Assembly: GCF_006345805.1 (NCBI RefSeq)
Contig: NC_043007.1
Location: 23,808,001 to 23,872,000, forward strand
Length of the DNA: 64,000 nt
Direction of reading: 5' to 3'
DNA from: Octopus sinensis
Taxonomy: Eukaryota
Shown: positions 25,130 to 37,474 of the stretch, one piece after another
Layout of the letters: every line of letters begins with the position of its first letter
How positions within the stretch are numbered: position 1 is the first letter of the stretch
Notes under the pieces: generated by a model
What the model was told of the DNA's origin: nothing
The model's database searches: none
What the model saw: the letters and a program-made list of their open reading frames with translations, nothing else
Made by a program: the position numbers and the translations under genes

Positions 25130-26504
25130 CAGGTTATCCCAAACAGATGTACTCACTCTTGACAGACGATTACTAATGTATTGTATTTTTTTATTTCAGA
25201 CGCAACCAACCCTTCACAATAGCAAATGCACAACTAACGTTTGAGGAAAAAAAAGAATTATATTAAAGTGCTACTGGAAGCACGAAAATGTCACGGAAGA
25301 GCAAAGACAATTTAATAGACAGTTTCAGAAGACACCACCAACACTACGCACTATTGCTCGCATCAGAGATAAATTTGAAGCATACGGAACTGTTCAGAAC
25401 GTTAGTGAGCAACGCTCTGGAAGACCACGAACATCCACCAGCCCCAGTAGACACAACCAATTAATGGAAACCCTTTCCCGATCCCCAAAGAAATCCGTAA
25501 GACAATTGAGTCGTGAGATAGGAATCCCAGAATCGAGTGTTCATCGGATTTTGAAACGAGCTCATTGGAAAAGTTACGTTCCAACATTAATTCAAGCCCT
25601 CAATGAAGATGGTCCTGATCGTAGAGTTCAATTTTGCGAATGGTATCTGAACAAATTCGCAGAGGATGCAACGTTTCCAGAGAAAATCTTATGGAACGAT
25701 GAGGCCTCCTTCAAGTTGAATGGTTCAGTCAACCGACATAATTGCATATACTGGGTCCGTGAAAATCCACATTTTACTATGGAACACCATCTGAACTTAC
25801 ACAGTGTGGTGTGGGAGGTCAACATTGGGTATCGTTGGACCATTTTTTTTTTACCAAACTGTCAAATACAAATTGGGATAAGAACGCAAAACACTCGAAA
25901 CTTTCCGATGGAAAATATCGGTCCACAAATTGAAGAGATGTTTGGGGATGAAGAGATTTACTTTCAGCAAGATGGAGCTCCTCCTCGCTACCATCTTGAT
26001 GTACGGGCTTACCTCGAGGCAACAAATCCAAACAAATGGATTAGGAGGAGAGGTAGCGTTGAATTTCCTGCACGTTCCCCAGACCTCACGCCAATGGATT
26101 TTTTTTATAGGGACATCTCATCTCAAAGATAAGGTTTACGCTGCAAAACCAGTGACAATTGATGATTTGAAAAATGAAATTCGAATACAATGTCTTGCAA
26201 TTCCAAATGAAATGTTTGGCAATGTTATCGAATCCATTGTTGGACGTTTATCAGCTCCGTTTGGAAAATGAAGGAAGGCAGTTTGAACATTTGCAAACAC
26301 GCAGGAATGAGAGAGAGAGAACATTAAATAATTCTTAAATGACAAATAAATAATCGTTTCTACAACAATTTATTTCCCTGAATTTAATTTAACTTTTTGG
26401 GATTGTAGGATTCCATATCAAGAAACATCTACTTGAACACAAAAACACAAAATGCATGAGTACTGGGAAGTCAAAGAGTGAGCAGATCTTTTTGGGACAC
26501 CCTC
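25130..26504 (+). mobile_element. Tc1/mariner DD41D (rosa/Visitor-like) transposon, frameshifted transposase
   Basis: TA-flanked imperfect TIRs CAGG.T.TCCCAAA.AGAT. The transposase has ..ILWNDEASFKLNGSVNRHN...FQQDGAPP...PARSPDLTPMDFF, with 41 residues between the 2nd and 3rd Asp (counted). Confidence 0.9.
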
Positions 26505-26520
26505 TATGTATGTGTGTGTG

Positions 26521-26555
<35 letters not shown>

Positions 26556-26569
26556 TGTGTTTGTTTGTG

Positions 26570-26620
<51 letters not shown>

Positions 26621-26728
26621 TATTATGGTTGTAGTTTTCATAAATAAATAAGTTAACATTTTAATGTCCTAAGTTGATGAACCAACTATTGTGCTTCTCC
26701 ATTTTCTTATTTGCTTACATACACATAC

Positions 26729-26792
<64 letters not shown>

Positions 26793-26821
26793 TGATGTTA
26801 TGATATGTATATTTATATACG

Positions 26822-26856
<35 letters not shown>

Positions 26857-27062
26857 ATATAAACATAACGATATACTCTTCTCAACATAAACAACGATGA
26901 AGAAATTTGAAAAGCTGAACGCGAAACCGGTCATTTCTTCTAAACTATATCATTGTAAGAAAAAAATTTATAATATTCTTCAGACATATTGACTCAAATA
27001 TATATTTTTTAACCTTTTAAAACAAGCCTTCTGTAGTTTTTTCACTTTTTACTATTTTAATA

Positions 27063-27126
<64 letters not shown>

Positions 27127-27464
27127 TATATATATATGTATATTTATATATAGTATATATATATATGAATTTTCTCCATGACTACACACAGTGAATGGCT
27201 TGTTAACGAGTTCGAACCTGCCATTGGCATATTCCAACTGGTAATAACATTGCATTTATGCACATGACTGCTAATTGATCGCACCCCTGTTATAAGCCAT
27301 TCACTGTGTTTTGTCATGGAGAAAATTTCTCGCTGTAGACGAATGGGGTAATTTTCTTCATGATAAAACACAGTGAAGGGCTTTCTTACGAGTTCGAACG
27401 TACCACAACCATATTTGAACCGGTAATAACAATGCATACATACATACATATATATATATTATAG

Positions 27465-27501
<37 letters not shown>

Positions 27502-27639
27502 GTGTGTGTGCGTGCGTGCGCGCGCGCGTGTGTGTTTTGGAAGCGTTAAAGACTTTTCCATTTTTCCAAGCGTGAAGCCAAAACACCTGCTTGTTCTCTC
27601 ACCTGCCTTCGTCTTTTGTTTCCTGTAAATTTGAACTAT

Positions 27640-27686
<47 letters not shown>

Positions 27687-27711
27687 ACACACACACATAT
27701 ATATATATATA

Positions 27712-29327
27712 CAGTTGCGGCCAAAATGTTCAGAACGGCATTGTTTTCGTCAGAAAAGTAGATATAAGTTTTTATCAAAGTTGTTTCATATTCTATAATT
27801 TTCACAGACAATAAATACAGTATTAATTGTTATTGTCTGAGATTTTGGTGTAATTTGAGAGGATAATACAAAAGTTATGGATGATTTAGTGATTTACTGC
27901 AAAACTCATGGCGGCCAAAATAATCAGAACGGTTGAAAAAATAACAAAATAATCAAAAATAACAGCGAATACTGGAATTATTTAATATTTAGTGTGAAGC
28001 CCTTTAGCTTCAATCACACTTTGACATCTTCGACTGCATGAAAAAATTAAATTTTCAATTTCTTGCTCGGTGATCTTATTCTATTCTTCCTGAAGGGCAT
28101 TCCGTAATTGCTCGGTTGTTTTAGAATTTCTGGCTTTCGAACGTTCTCCTAGAATATTCCACACATTTTCAATAGGATTGAGATCTGGGCTTTGAGCAAG
28201 CCAATCCATAACAATAACCTTTTCAGCCTTGAAGAAGTTCATGACCACCTTAGCCTTGTGACATGGGGCATTGTCCATGAATATGGGTGGTCGCTTAGTT
28301 GAATTTCTCAGCACAGGCAAGACATGATCTTTTACAAGTTGTTTATAAACTCCTGCATTTACCTTTCCATGTAATCGCACCAAAGTGCCCACACCATCTC
28401 TAGATATCATCTCCCAAACCATGACACTTCCTCCACCGAATTTAACACTAGTCTTAAGGCATTTAAGCGACAATTTTTCATCTACTTTTCCCATCTGAGT
28501 CAAATAACATAAACTTAGATTCATCACTGAAATGCACCGTTTACCATTTTTCTTGAGACCACAACACATGTTCGGTTGCAAAGGTAAGACGACACTTTTT
28601 ATTCTTGGAGCTGATCAGTGGCTTCACTGCGGGTGCTCTTGCTTGTAGGTCATATTCAACTAAACGACGAGACAGTTTTTCGAGATAAAGTTTTCTTTAG
28701 TACAATGCTCATTTCCCGAGAAACAGCAGCAGCAGTTTTAAATCTGTCCTTTTTAGCCAACTTTACCATAGCACGATCTTCCCTCTTGGTCGTTCTTCTT
28801 GGCCTACCTGTAGACTTTCTTGCTTCACACGAACCACACACGAACCACAATCATCGTAGACCTTAAGAATGCCGAGAACAACAATTTTTGACTTGTTAAC
28901 AGTCTTTGCAATAGACCTAATACTTAAATTATCCTTCTTTCGAAGCTTAATAATCTGCTGACGAATTGCTAATGGAGTAAGTGGCATTATATTTACAAAG
29001 TACACTGCAGATATTCTTACTGTTTCGTAAACGAACCGTCACGTAGACAAATTCGAAATATTAGAGTTCGCCGGTTAAATATACTAAAACACGGAGTAAA
29101 AGCAACCGTTCTGATCAATTTAGCCGCCATGGGTTTTGCAGTAAATCACTAAATCATCCATAACTTTTGTATTATCCTCTCAAATTACACCAAAATCTCA
29201 GACAATAACAAATAATATCGTATTTATTGTCTGTGAAAATTATTGAATATAAAACATCTTTGATAAAAAAATTATATCTACTTTTCTGACGAAAACAATG
29301 CCGTTCTGAACATTTTGGCCGCAACTG
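27712..29327 (-). mobile_element. Tc1 DD34E transposon with ~220-bp IR/DR-type TIRs, frameshifted
   Basis: TA|CAGTTGCGGCCAAAATGTTCAGAACGG TIRs with inner direct repeats. VKFGGGSVMVW...MDNAPCHK...QSPDLNPIENVW gives 34 residues between D and E (counted). Confidence 0.93.
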
Positions 29328-29379
29328 TATATATATATATATATATATCAGTCGCCATGATAGATACTTAGCCACTACA

Positions 29380-29545
29380 CACATTTTTTTCTCTCCTTGT
29401 TTCTCTCCTTGTTTTTTCTATGTCCCTTTCTGTAGAAGAGCGTAGGCTCGAAACGTAAAAGACTATTATACTAATAGACTATTATACTAATGCATCTGTT
29501 TGTTTTGTACACCACCTGTCTTCGTCTTTTTCGTAAACCTTCCTT
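29380..29545 (+). repeat. Dispersed repeat with hammerhead-topology motif (Penelope pseudo-LTR-like)
   Basis: Homologous to 60010-60190 and, more decayed, 27535-27625. Contains CTTT-CTGTAGA-A-GAGC/GCTC-GAAA-CGTA-AAAG. Confidence 0.55.
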
Positions 29546-29804
29546 ATATATATATATATGTATAAAAATATATATAAAAATACAAATTGGGACAAGAACG
29601 CAAAACACTCAAATAGACGACACAAAAAACGGACGGGTTATTCGAAGCCTCTAATCTCCAGTCAAGAACCAGATCATCATTTTCTTTTTGTGCCTTATAA
29701 TGTAACAGACTCACCGGTAAAATTTCCACTTATTTCTTATTTTTATTTTCCTAACATTTTCGTTGGGTCTTGCAACCTTTTCAATAATATTCTTTTTATT
29801 CTTT

Positions 29805-30298
29805 TATTCTTTTATTTGTTCCAGTGATTTGACTGTGGCCATGCTGGAGCACCGCCTTTAATCGAGCAAATCGACCCCATGACTTATTCTTTGTAAGCTT
29901 AGTACTTATCCAAGTACTTTGCCAAACCACTAAGTTACGGAGACGTACACACACCAACATCGGTTGGCAAGCGATGATGAGGGGACAAACACAATCACAG
30001 ACACACACACACACACACGCACACACACACATACATGTATATATATATATAAATATATATAATATATATATCTATATATATATATTATATATATATATAT
30101 ATATCTATATATATATAATATATATATCTATATATATATATATACGGCGAGCTTCTTTCAGTTTCCGTCTACCAAATCCACTCACAAGCTTTGGTCAGCC
30201 CGAGTCTATAGTAGAAGATACTTGTCCAAGGTTCCACGCAGCGGGACTGAACCCGGAACCATGTGATTGGGAAGCAAGCCTACTACCATACAAACACG

Positions 30299-30300
<2 letters not shown>
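29805..30300 (-). mobile_element. Family B SINE
   Basis: Reverse complement of the 13506-13890 consensus with an expanded internal (TA)n. Confidence 0.8.
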
Positions 30301-30341
<41 letters not shown>

Positions 30342-30639
30342 CACATATATGCATGTGTCCAGTGGGATTGAACATTAAACCATAAGGTTATGAAGCGAGC
30401 TTCTTCACCACAGAGCAATGCCTGCGCTTATATATATATATATATATATCTTAATATATATATATATATATATATATATAGTATATATATATATATATAT
30501 ATATAGTGTGTGTGAGTATGGATGTGTACACACACATTATCATCGTGCTAATTTTGATAGTTTGCATAAAAGGAAAAGAATATATCCCACCACAAAATAA
30601 AAGTATTTTAAAGAAGAAAAAAAACAAACAAGATGTCAA

Positions 30640-31720
30640 CCAGCTTATGGCTGGGGGATAACAGTTTAATCGAAGTAGCCGCCCTCAGCTTCCGCTACGA
30701 TCTCAAGACAACTCCTGAACCTGGCGCATGTGTTCTCACTGTGTTTCCGAGAAGATCTTCGAATACTTGCTTGATCTTGGCCGCCACCAGCTCGGCGTTG
30801 GTGTTGCAGACAGAGCGGTTGGGGTCTTTTTCACGACCGCCCTGCCTCACGCATAGTAATCCATGGGAATACAATTGGGTGAATTCGGAGGCCAGAAATT
30901 GGAACTGGTGAAGTCGGAGAAATTCTCCAACGACCACTTCTGACTCTTTCCGGAGGTATTGCAAGGAGCCGAATCTTGTTGACAAACATATGCTATTTCT
31001 TGCATCAATCCTCTCCAACCAAAATTTGACCACAGTCTCAAGCAGCTTTACATAACCGTCTGAATTGGGCCTAAGGCTCTGTTCAAAGATGTGGGGCGGC
31101 ATGATGTCACATTCACTGGAGACACATTCACAGACCATCACAGTTTGTGGTAACTTGGTTTTCATGGTACCTAGGATATGACATGAATTGTAGGCAAGCC
31201 ATCTGTTGTTCTGGGCATTGTGCAACCGATCCTGGAAAAAGTTCTTTTCATATGAGAAGAACCGGATCACATCCGGCTCAACCGAATGTTTCAGGAACCT
31301 CTTTGCCTTGGCTGCCACAATTTGTCCCTGGCACATCCAACACCCATCTTTCTTACCATAGCTCAGATTCCCTTGCTTGGGTCTTCCATCATCTCATCCT
31401 GCAGTTAATGGATAAACTCCGGCTTGCGGACGCAGTCAGAATGTCCGCTGTATCCCTGCTGCTAGCCAAAGCTTCGTAGTCTCCATTGCAGCTGTCCATG
31501 TTACGTCTTACAGCCTTTACAGTGTCCATAGATCATTGAGCAGCAGTCATGATGTCGGTAGTTTGATACTTGGCGCGAATCCTCATGATACAGTTTACCC
31601 TTTTCAAATATTCAAATGGCTTCGAGTCCTCCTTGCCAGCTATGTTTTTCTCAACGACAACTTTAATCTGTTTGCTCTTCAACGCCGTTGACTCTTTACC
31701 TATGCATAACATCGGCTAAC
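30640..31720 (-). mobile_element. Tc1/mariner DD37D (maT-like) transposase relic
   Basis: FFSYEKNF.QDRLHNAQNNRWLA...VMV...VSSE.DIMPPHIFE, and QQDSAPC...WPPNSPNCIPMDYY with 37 residues between the Asp residues (counted). Termini not resolved. Confidence 0.85.
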
Positions 31721-31964
31721 ATAACATACAAGTGAAATGAATTGATTGCTCATCTCTTATCATTCACCTCCCGCCCCACATCATTATTTAACCATAAATC
31801 CAGTCTTTGAAGATAACGTCTAACCTTTCTGACTTTCTTAATCCTGGAGGTTTAACTAGATTCCATTTGTGTTAGTTTATCGTCTGATTTGTTCTTAGAA
31901 CAAAAGGGGAAGATTCCCGTTATTGAATACATAAAGAAGGTGTAGGGAGACTCTCAACTCTTAT

Positions 31965-32272
31965 TTCTTTATTGCCCACAAGGGGCTTAAACATAGAGGG
32001 GACAAACAAGGACAAAGGGATTAAGTCGATTACATCGTCCCCAGTTCGTAAATGATACTTAATCGACCCCGAAAGGATGAAAGGCAAAGTCGACCTCGGC
32101 GGAATTTGAACTCAGAACGTAATGGCAGACGAAATACCTATTTCTTTACTACCCACAAGGGGTTAAACATAGGAGGGGGACAAACAAGGACAGACAAACG
32201 GATTAAGTCGATTACATCGACCCCAGTGCGTAACTGGTACTTAATTTATCGACCCCGAAAGGATGAAAGGCA
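31965..32272 (-). repeat. Family A SINE dimer (truncated)
   Basis: Two units with the GAAATAC|CTATTTC junction at ~32135. Confidence 0.8.
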
Positions 32273-32989
32273 ACCAGTTGGTTGCCATGGTGAGGAATAT
32301 GGGAAAAAGTGATTTTTATGGGATAGACAGGTGGCGCTGTTTGAATAATGGTGGCTTTTCGTGTTGCTGCAGGGGCTAGAGGCGGTTGTCTTTAATTGTG
32401 GGTGTAAAAAATTGGAGGGGATTTTGGAAAGGGGTGGTGGTAAAGAAGAGGGCAATGAAAAGAACCAGGCAAAGAAGACGAACAAAAGAAGAAAGGGAAA
32501 AGGAGACAACACGCACAAAACAACACCACCATCACCAAAACCGGAGCGAAGCACGGGTCAAAATAGCTAGTCTTTATTATATCTTATTAGATGTAATAAA
32601 AATGGTGTCTCGCTAATAGGAGTGTGAAGCCAAGAAGCAGAAGCAACTGAAATTCTACTTGCAAAAAGCCTTTGTATAAGAAATAAGCGTTAAGCGTGCA
32701 TATGCTGTAGAATTAGTGGGTGGGTATAATAAGGAGAGAATAGAATGTGGTGCACATGGTTACACCAATTCACAATGTTAAACGGGTAGTTTTCCAGTCA
32801 TTAAGTATTAGTTCACAGTTCATAGTTTTCAATGCGATATCGTTAAAAATCTGATTTGTAGCAACGACATTGTTATATATTTCAGAATTGTGATTCTTGG
32901 GACATCAAAAACTGTGCACCGATGAGTAGGTGTACCAAAGAGACAGGTGTTCTTGTGACAAAAAACAAACTACATCACGGTAAGCAGAT

Positions 32990-33010
32990 GTATACATACA
33001 TACATACACA

Positions 33011-33042
<32 letters not shown>

Positions 33043-34370
33043 CATACATACATACATTCATACATACATACATACATACATACAAACATGCATACATACA
33101 CATACATTCAGACATACATACATACATACATGCATACATATATATATATATACATACATACATATACATACAGACATACATACATACATGCATACATATA
33201 TATATATACATACATATACATACAGAGATACATACATACATAATGCATACATATATATATACTTACATACATACATACATACATACATACATGCATACAT
33301 ACATATATACATACATACATACAGACAGACATATATTCATACATACATGCATACATACATACATACATATATACATACATACATACATACATATATACAT
33401 ACATACATATATACTTGCTTACATTCATACATACATACATACATACACATACATGCATACATTTATACATTTATACATTTACATACATACATACAACCAT
33501 ACCTACATACATACATACATACATCATCCATACAACATACATACATACATACATCATACTATATACATACAACATTCATTCATATATACTACATACATAC
33601 ATACATACATACATACATGCTACATACATACAACATACATACATACAGCAGATATTCATTCAGACATACATGCATACATACATACATATACATTATACAT
33701 ACATACATACATACATATATACATACAACATATATACTTGCTTACATTCATACATACATACATACATACACACATAGGCATACATTTATACATTTAACAT
33801 TTACTACATACATACATACAAACATACATACATACATACATACATACATACTCATACATACATACATTCATACATATATACATACATACATACATCATAC
33901 TACATTCACATTTACTACATACATATATACTTGCTTACATTCATACATACATACATACATACACATACATGCATACATTTATACATTTATACATTTATAC
34001 ATACATACACACATACATACATACATACATACATACATACATACATACATACATACATACATTCATACATATATACATACATACATACATTCATACATAT
34101 ATACATACATACATACATTCATACATATATACATGGTGGCTGCCCCCTCGTTATCAAGTATGGCCATTGCACGAAGCTTAATCAATGTTGTTATCGTGCA
34201 ATGCCTGTGCAATGCCTTTCCTCACTTTAAAAAAATCTTCTTGCACATACATACATACATTCATACATACATACATTCATACATACATACATTCATACAT
34301 ACATACATTCATACATACATACATTCATACATATACATTCATCATCATGCATACATACATACATCATCAT
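32990..34370. repeat. (TACA)n compound microsatellite with higher-order repeats
   Basis: Long TACA tract. The landmark ATACTTGCTTACATTCATAC recurs at ~33411, ~33735 and ~33926. Confidence 0.9.
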
Positions 34371-34374
34371 TCAT

Positions 34375-35180
34375 CATCATCATTGTTCGACCGTGGTCGA
34401 GACAATGGAATTACTATGTTACGACACGCCAGACTTCACGGTCCATCATAGCATTAACGGAGGTCCTGTTGCTGGATGCCTGTATCCCTGGAGATTACAT
34501 CAGGGCAGGAGAGTGTGCGCCCTCTGGTATTGCGAGTAGATGGCTTCCAGAGGAGAAGAGTTAGAATTACTTACTTCTTTTTCAGCTCTACAACAATGTC
34601 CATCAAACTGGACTCTCCTACCTTTCACAAGAGATGACACAGGTGGTAGCTTCCCATATATTTGCATTTTGGTTGGATGGCGCTTCCACGAGAGATTTTT
34701 GAGCTCTCATAAGGAGGCGAGTGTAGGTTCCATCCAACCGCCTCTCAAGCTTCTTTGAAACGTCCAGGTTTCTGAGCCATATAGTAGAATTGGTTCGACT
34801 GTGGCTTTAAATATTTCAAGTTTGAAGTCTCTACTTAGATTTGATGACCAGATCTTTGCATGTCATTACAGGCTGACCAGGCCATACCCTTTCTAGTTAG
34901 AAAGTCTTTTCCAGATGATGATATGTATGACCCAAGATATTTATAATCAGAAACCATATTTAAAGGCGCACTGTTGAGAGTATGGATGATGCAATCACTG
35001 TTGGACAGGCACTTGTTTATGTATTCAGTTTTGCTCATTGAGGTAAAAGACCTACACAATTTGAGGCTTGTTCAAGAGATTGTAAAAGAGACTGGGCATT
35101 GGAGAGAGAATCACTGATAAGAGCGATGTCGTCAGCAAAGTCAGTGTCTGTCAAGTACTCAGCTGGGTGTCTGGAACTTC
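34375..35180 (-). mobile_element. RTE-like LINE 3' fragment (RT end to tail)
   Basis: The minus strand reads YLTDTDFADDIALIS...DYKYLGSYIS...AWSACN...IFKATVEPILLYGSETWT...RLDGTYTRLL...RRVQF.GHC. Confidence 0.85.
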
Positions 35181-35273
35181 TTCATACATACATATACATA
35201 CATACATACATACATACATATCTATATCTGTCTATCTATATATAGATACATATATATACACATACATACATAC

Positions 35274-35352
<79 letters not shown>

Positions 35353-35521
35353 ATTCGTCAACTACATAAAATAGTGGGAAGTGCACATGCAAGATTGTGT
35401 TTGAACACAGGTTTGTCCGATCAGAGTTTACTATAAGGTCACTATCACCTTATTAATGCATTGGGCTCTGATTATTTATATAAATATTGATATAAATATT
35501 GATACATATGATATAATATTG

Positions 35522-35820
35522 TGGGGGCGCAATGGCCCAGTGGTTCGAGCAGCGGACTCGCGGTCGTAGGATCACGGTTTCGGTTACCAGACCGGGCAGT
35601 GTGAGTGTTTATTGAGCGAATACACCTAAAACTCCATGAGGCTACGTCAGGGATTGGTGGTGATCCCTGTTGTACTCTTTCTCTCATTCTTTCTTCTGTT
35701 GGCCTGCTCGTTTAGCCAGCGGGGTGGCGTCAGTTGAAGGCTAAAACAATGCGAAGCACATTGTGACCAGCGATGTGTAGCAACATCTGATGGCAAGGTC
35801 GGTCACGTGATCACGTGATA
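35522..35820 (+). mobile_element. Family D SINE
   Basis: GGGGCGCAATGGCCCAGTGGTT head, homologous to 17140-17392. Confidence 0.7.
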
Positions 35821-36014
35821 TAGTGTTAATATAATGTATAATTATAATATGCATGTAATATTATAATAATATATCATAATTGTTTCTTGCTTTGATACAA
35901 GATCAGCGATTTTGAGCAGAGGCGTAAGTTGATTACATCAACTTCAGTGCACAAATGGAACTTATAATGAAAGGCCAAGTAAGCCTCAACGAAATTCGAT
36001 AATAATGTATTATA

Positions 36015-36260
36015 AAAAATAATAAATGCACCCTTTTAAAGCTTAGCCAAGCTAGTGGGCCCGGTTTCCCGGTTTCAATGGCGTATGTGTTCCCCAGCTG
36101 GACGGGACGTCAGTCTATTACAGCGTTACTCATTTTTGCCAACTTAGTGGACTGTAGCAACGTGAAATGAAGTGTTTTGCTCAAGAACACAACGCGTCAC
36201 CCGGTCCGGGTATCAAAAACATGATCCTAACACCCTAACCACTAAGCCACGCGCCTCCAC
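36015..36260 (-). mobile_element. Family C SINE with ~14-bp TSD
   Basis: AATAATGTATTATA (36001) / AATAATATATTATA (36261). The body is homologous to 16512-16770. Confidence 0.8.
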
Positions 36261-36416
36261 AATAATATATTATAGTAACATAATATTATGACGTAAGCAC
36301 TTCGAAGTCAATCGTCAACGCAAATTTACCAACTTAAATCGGTTAAGTATTTGCAATATGGAAATTACATATGACGTTCTGTGCCGCACGCATGACAGAC
36401 ACACACGCGCTCAGAA

Positions 36417-36520
<104 letters not shown>

Positions 36521-36772
36521 GAGAGAGGGAGTGACCAGGTTTGTTCTCTCAACAAAATATTTAAAACTTTTACGTCGTGCTGTTTAAGAGAGCGAAACGA
36601 TTGCCCTCTTTCTACTACATTCACTGAAATCAATTCGCCTCCGTGTACACTCACATACGTAATTATAAATTAGTGGCTACTCTAGATATGTGCATGTAAT
36701 GTGCAACATACATACATACATACATACATACATACATACATACATACATACATACTACATAAATATAAATAC

Positions 36773-36844
<72 letters not shown>

Positions 36845-37117
36845 CAGGAGTGGCTGTGTGGTAAGTAGCTTGCTTACGAACCACATGGTTCTGGGTTCAG
36901 TCCTCCCACTGCGTGGCACCTTGGGTAAGTGTCTTCTACTTTAGCCTCGGGCTGATCAAAGCTCTGTGAGTGGATTTGGTAGACGGAAACTGAAAGAAGC
37001 CCGTCGTATAATATATGTATGTATGTATGTATGTATGTATTATGTATGTATGTATGTTGTATGTATTATTTATATATATATATATATATATATCTATATA
37101 TATATATATATATATAT

Positions 37118-37188
<71 letters not shown>

Positions 37189-37242
37189 GATTACAGATTG
37201 AAATAAAAAAAAGGCTGTTTTCAGAACATTTATAAAGAGAAG

Positions 37243-37292
37243 GTCTTACAGCTGTTTCCTCGGTATATTTTATATAACCTTTCATCAGAGAC
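37243..37292 (-). ncRNA. Minimal type-I hammerhead ribozyme motif (mirror copy)
   Basis: The reverse complement reads GTCT-CTGATGA-AAGGTTATATAAAATATACCGAG-GAAA-CAGCTG-TA-AGAC. Confidence 0.6.
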
Positions 37293-37426
37293 TGTGCAAG
37301 AAAATGTTTCAGTAATTGTTGTTATAGAGAGATATGAAATACGAGTGAAGTAGAGGAATGAGAACACTTCACTCTGTATTTCATATCTTCTCTATAACAA
37401 CAATTACTGAAACATTTTCTTGCACA

Positions 37427-37474
37427 GTCTCTGATGAAAGGTTATATAAAATATACCGGAAACAGCTGTAAGAC
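37427..37474 (+). ncRNA. Minimal type-I hammerhead ribozyme motif
   Basis: Stem I GTCT/AGAC, CTGATGA core, stem II GGT(T)ATAT/ATATACC, GAAA, palindromic stem III ACAGCTGT, GUA cleavage triplet (37468-37470). Extra nucleotides at the base of stem II make activity uncertain. Confidence 0.65.

Noticed and set aside
29631-29670. Hammerhead-like remnants on the minus strand (CTGGAGA...TTCGAATAACC; similarly ~37945-37985)
   Set aside because: The core and GAAA are not intact and stems I/III cannot be drawn. At most these are degenerate.
32922-34564. Long HTYI/MYVC-repeat ORFs (also 21.4-24.1 kb, up to 458 aa)
   Set aside because: Artefacts of stop-free (TACA)n microsatellites.
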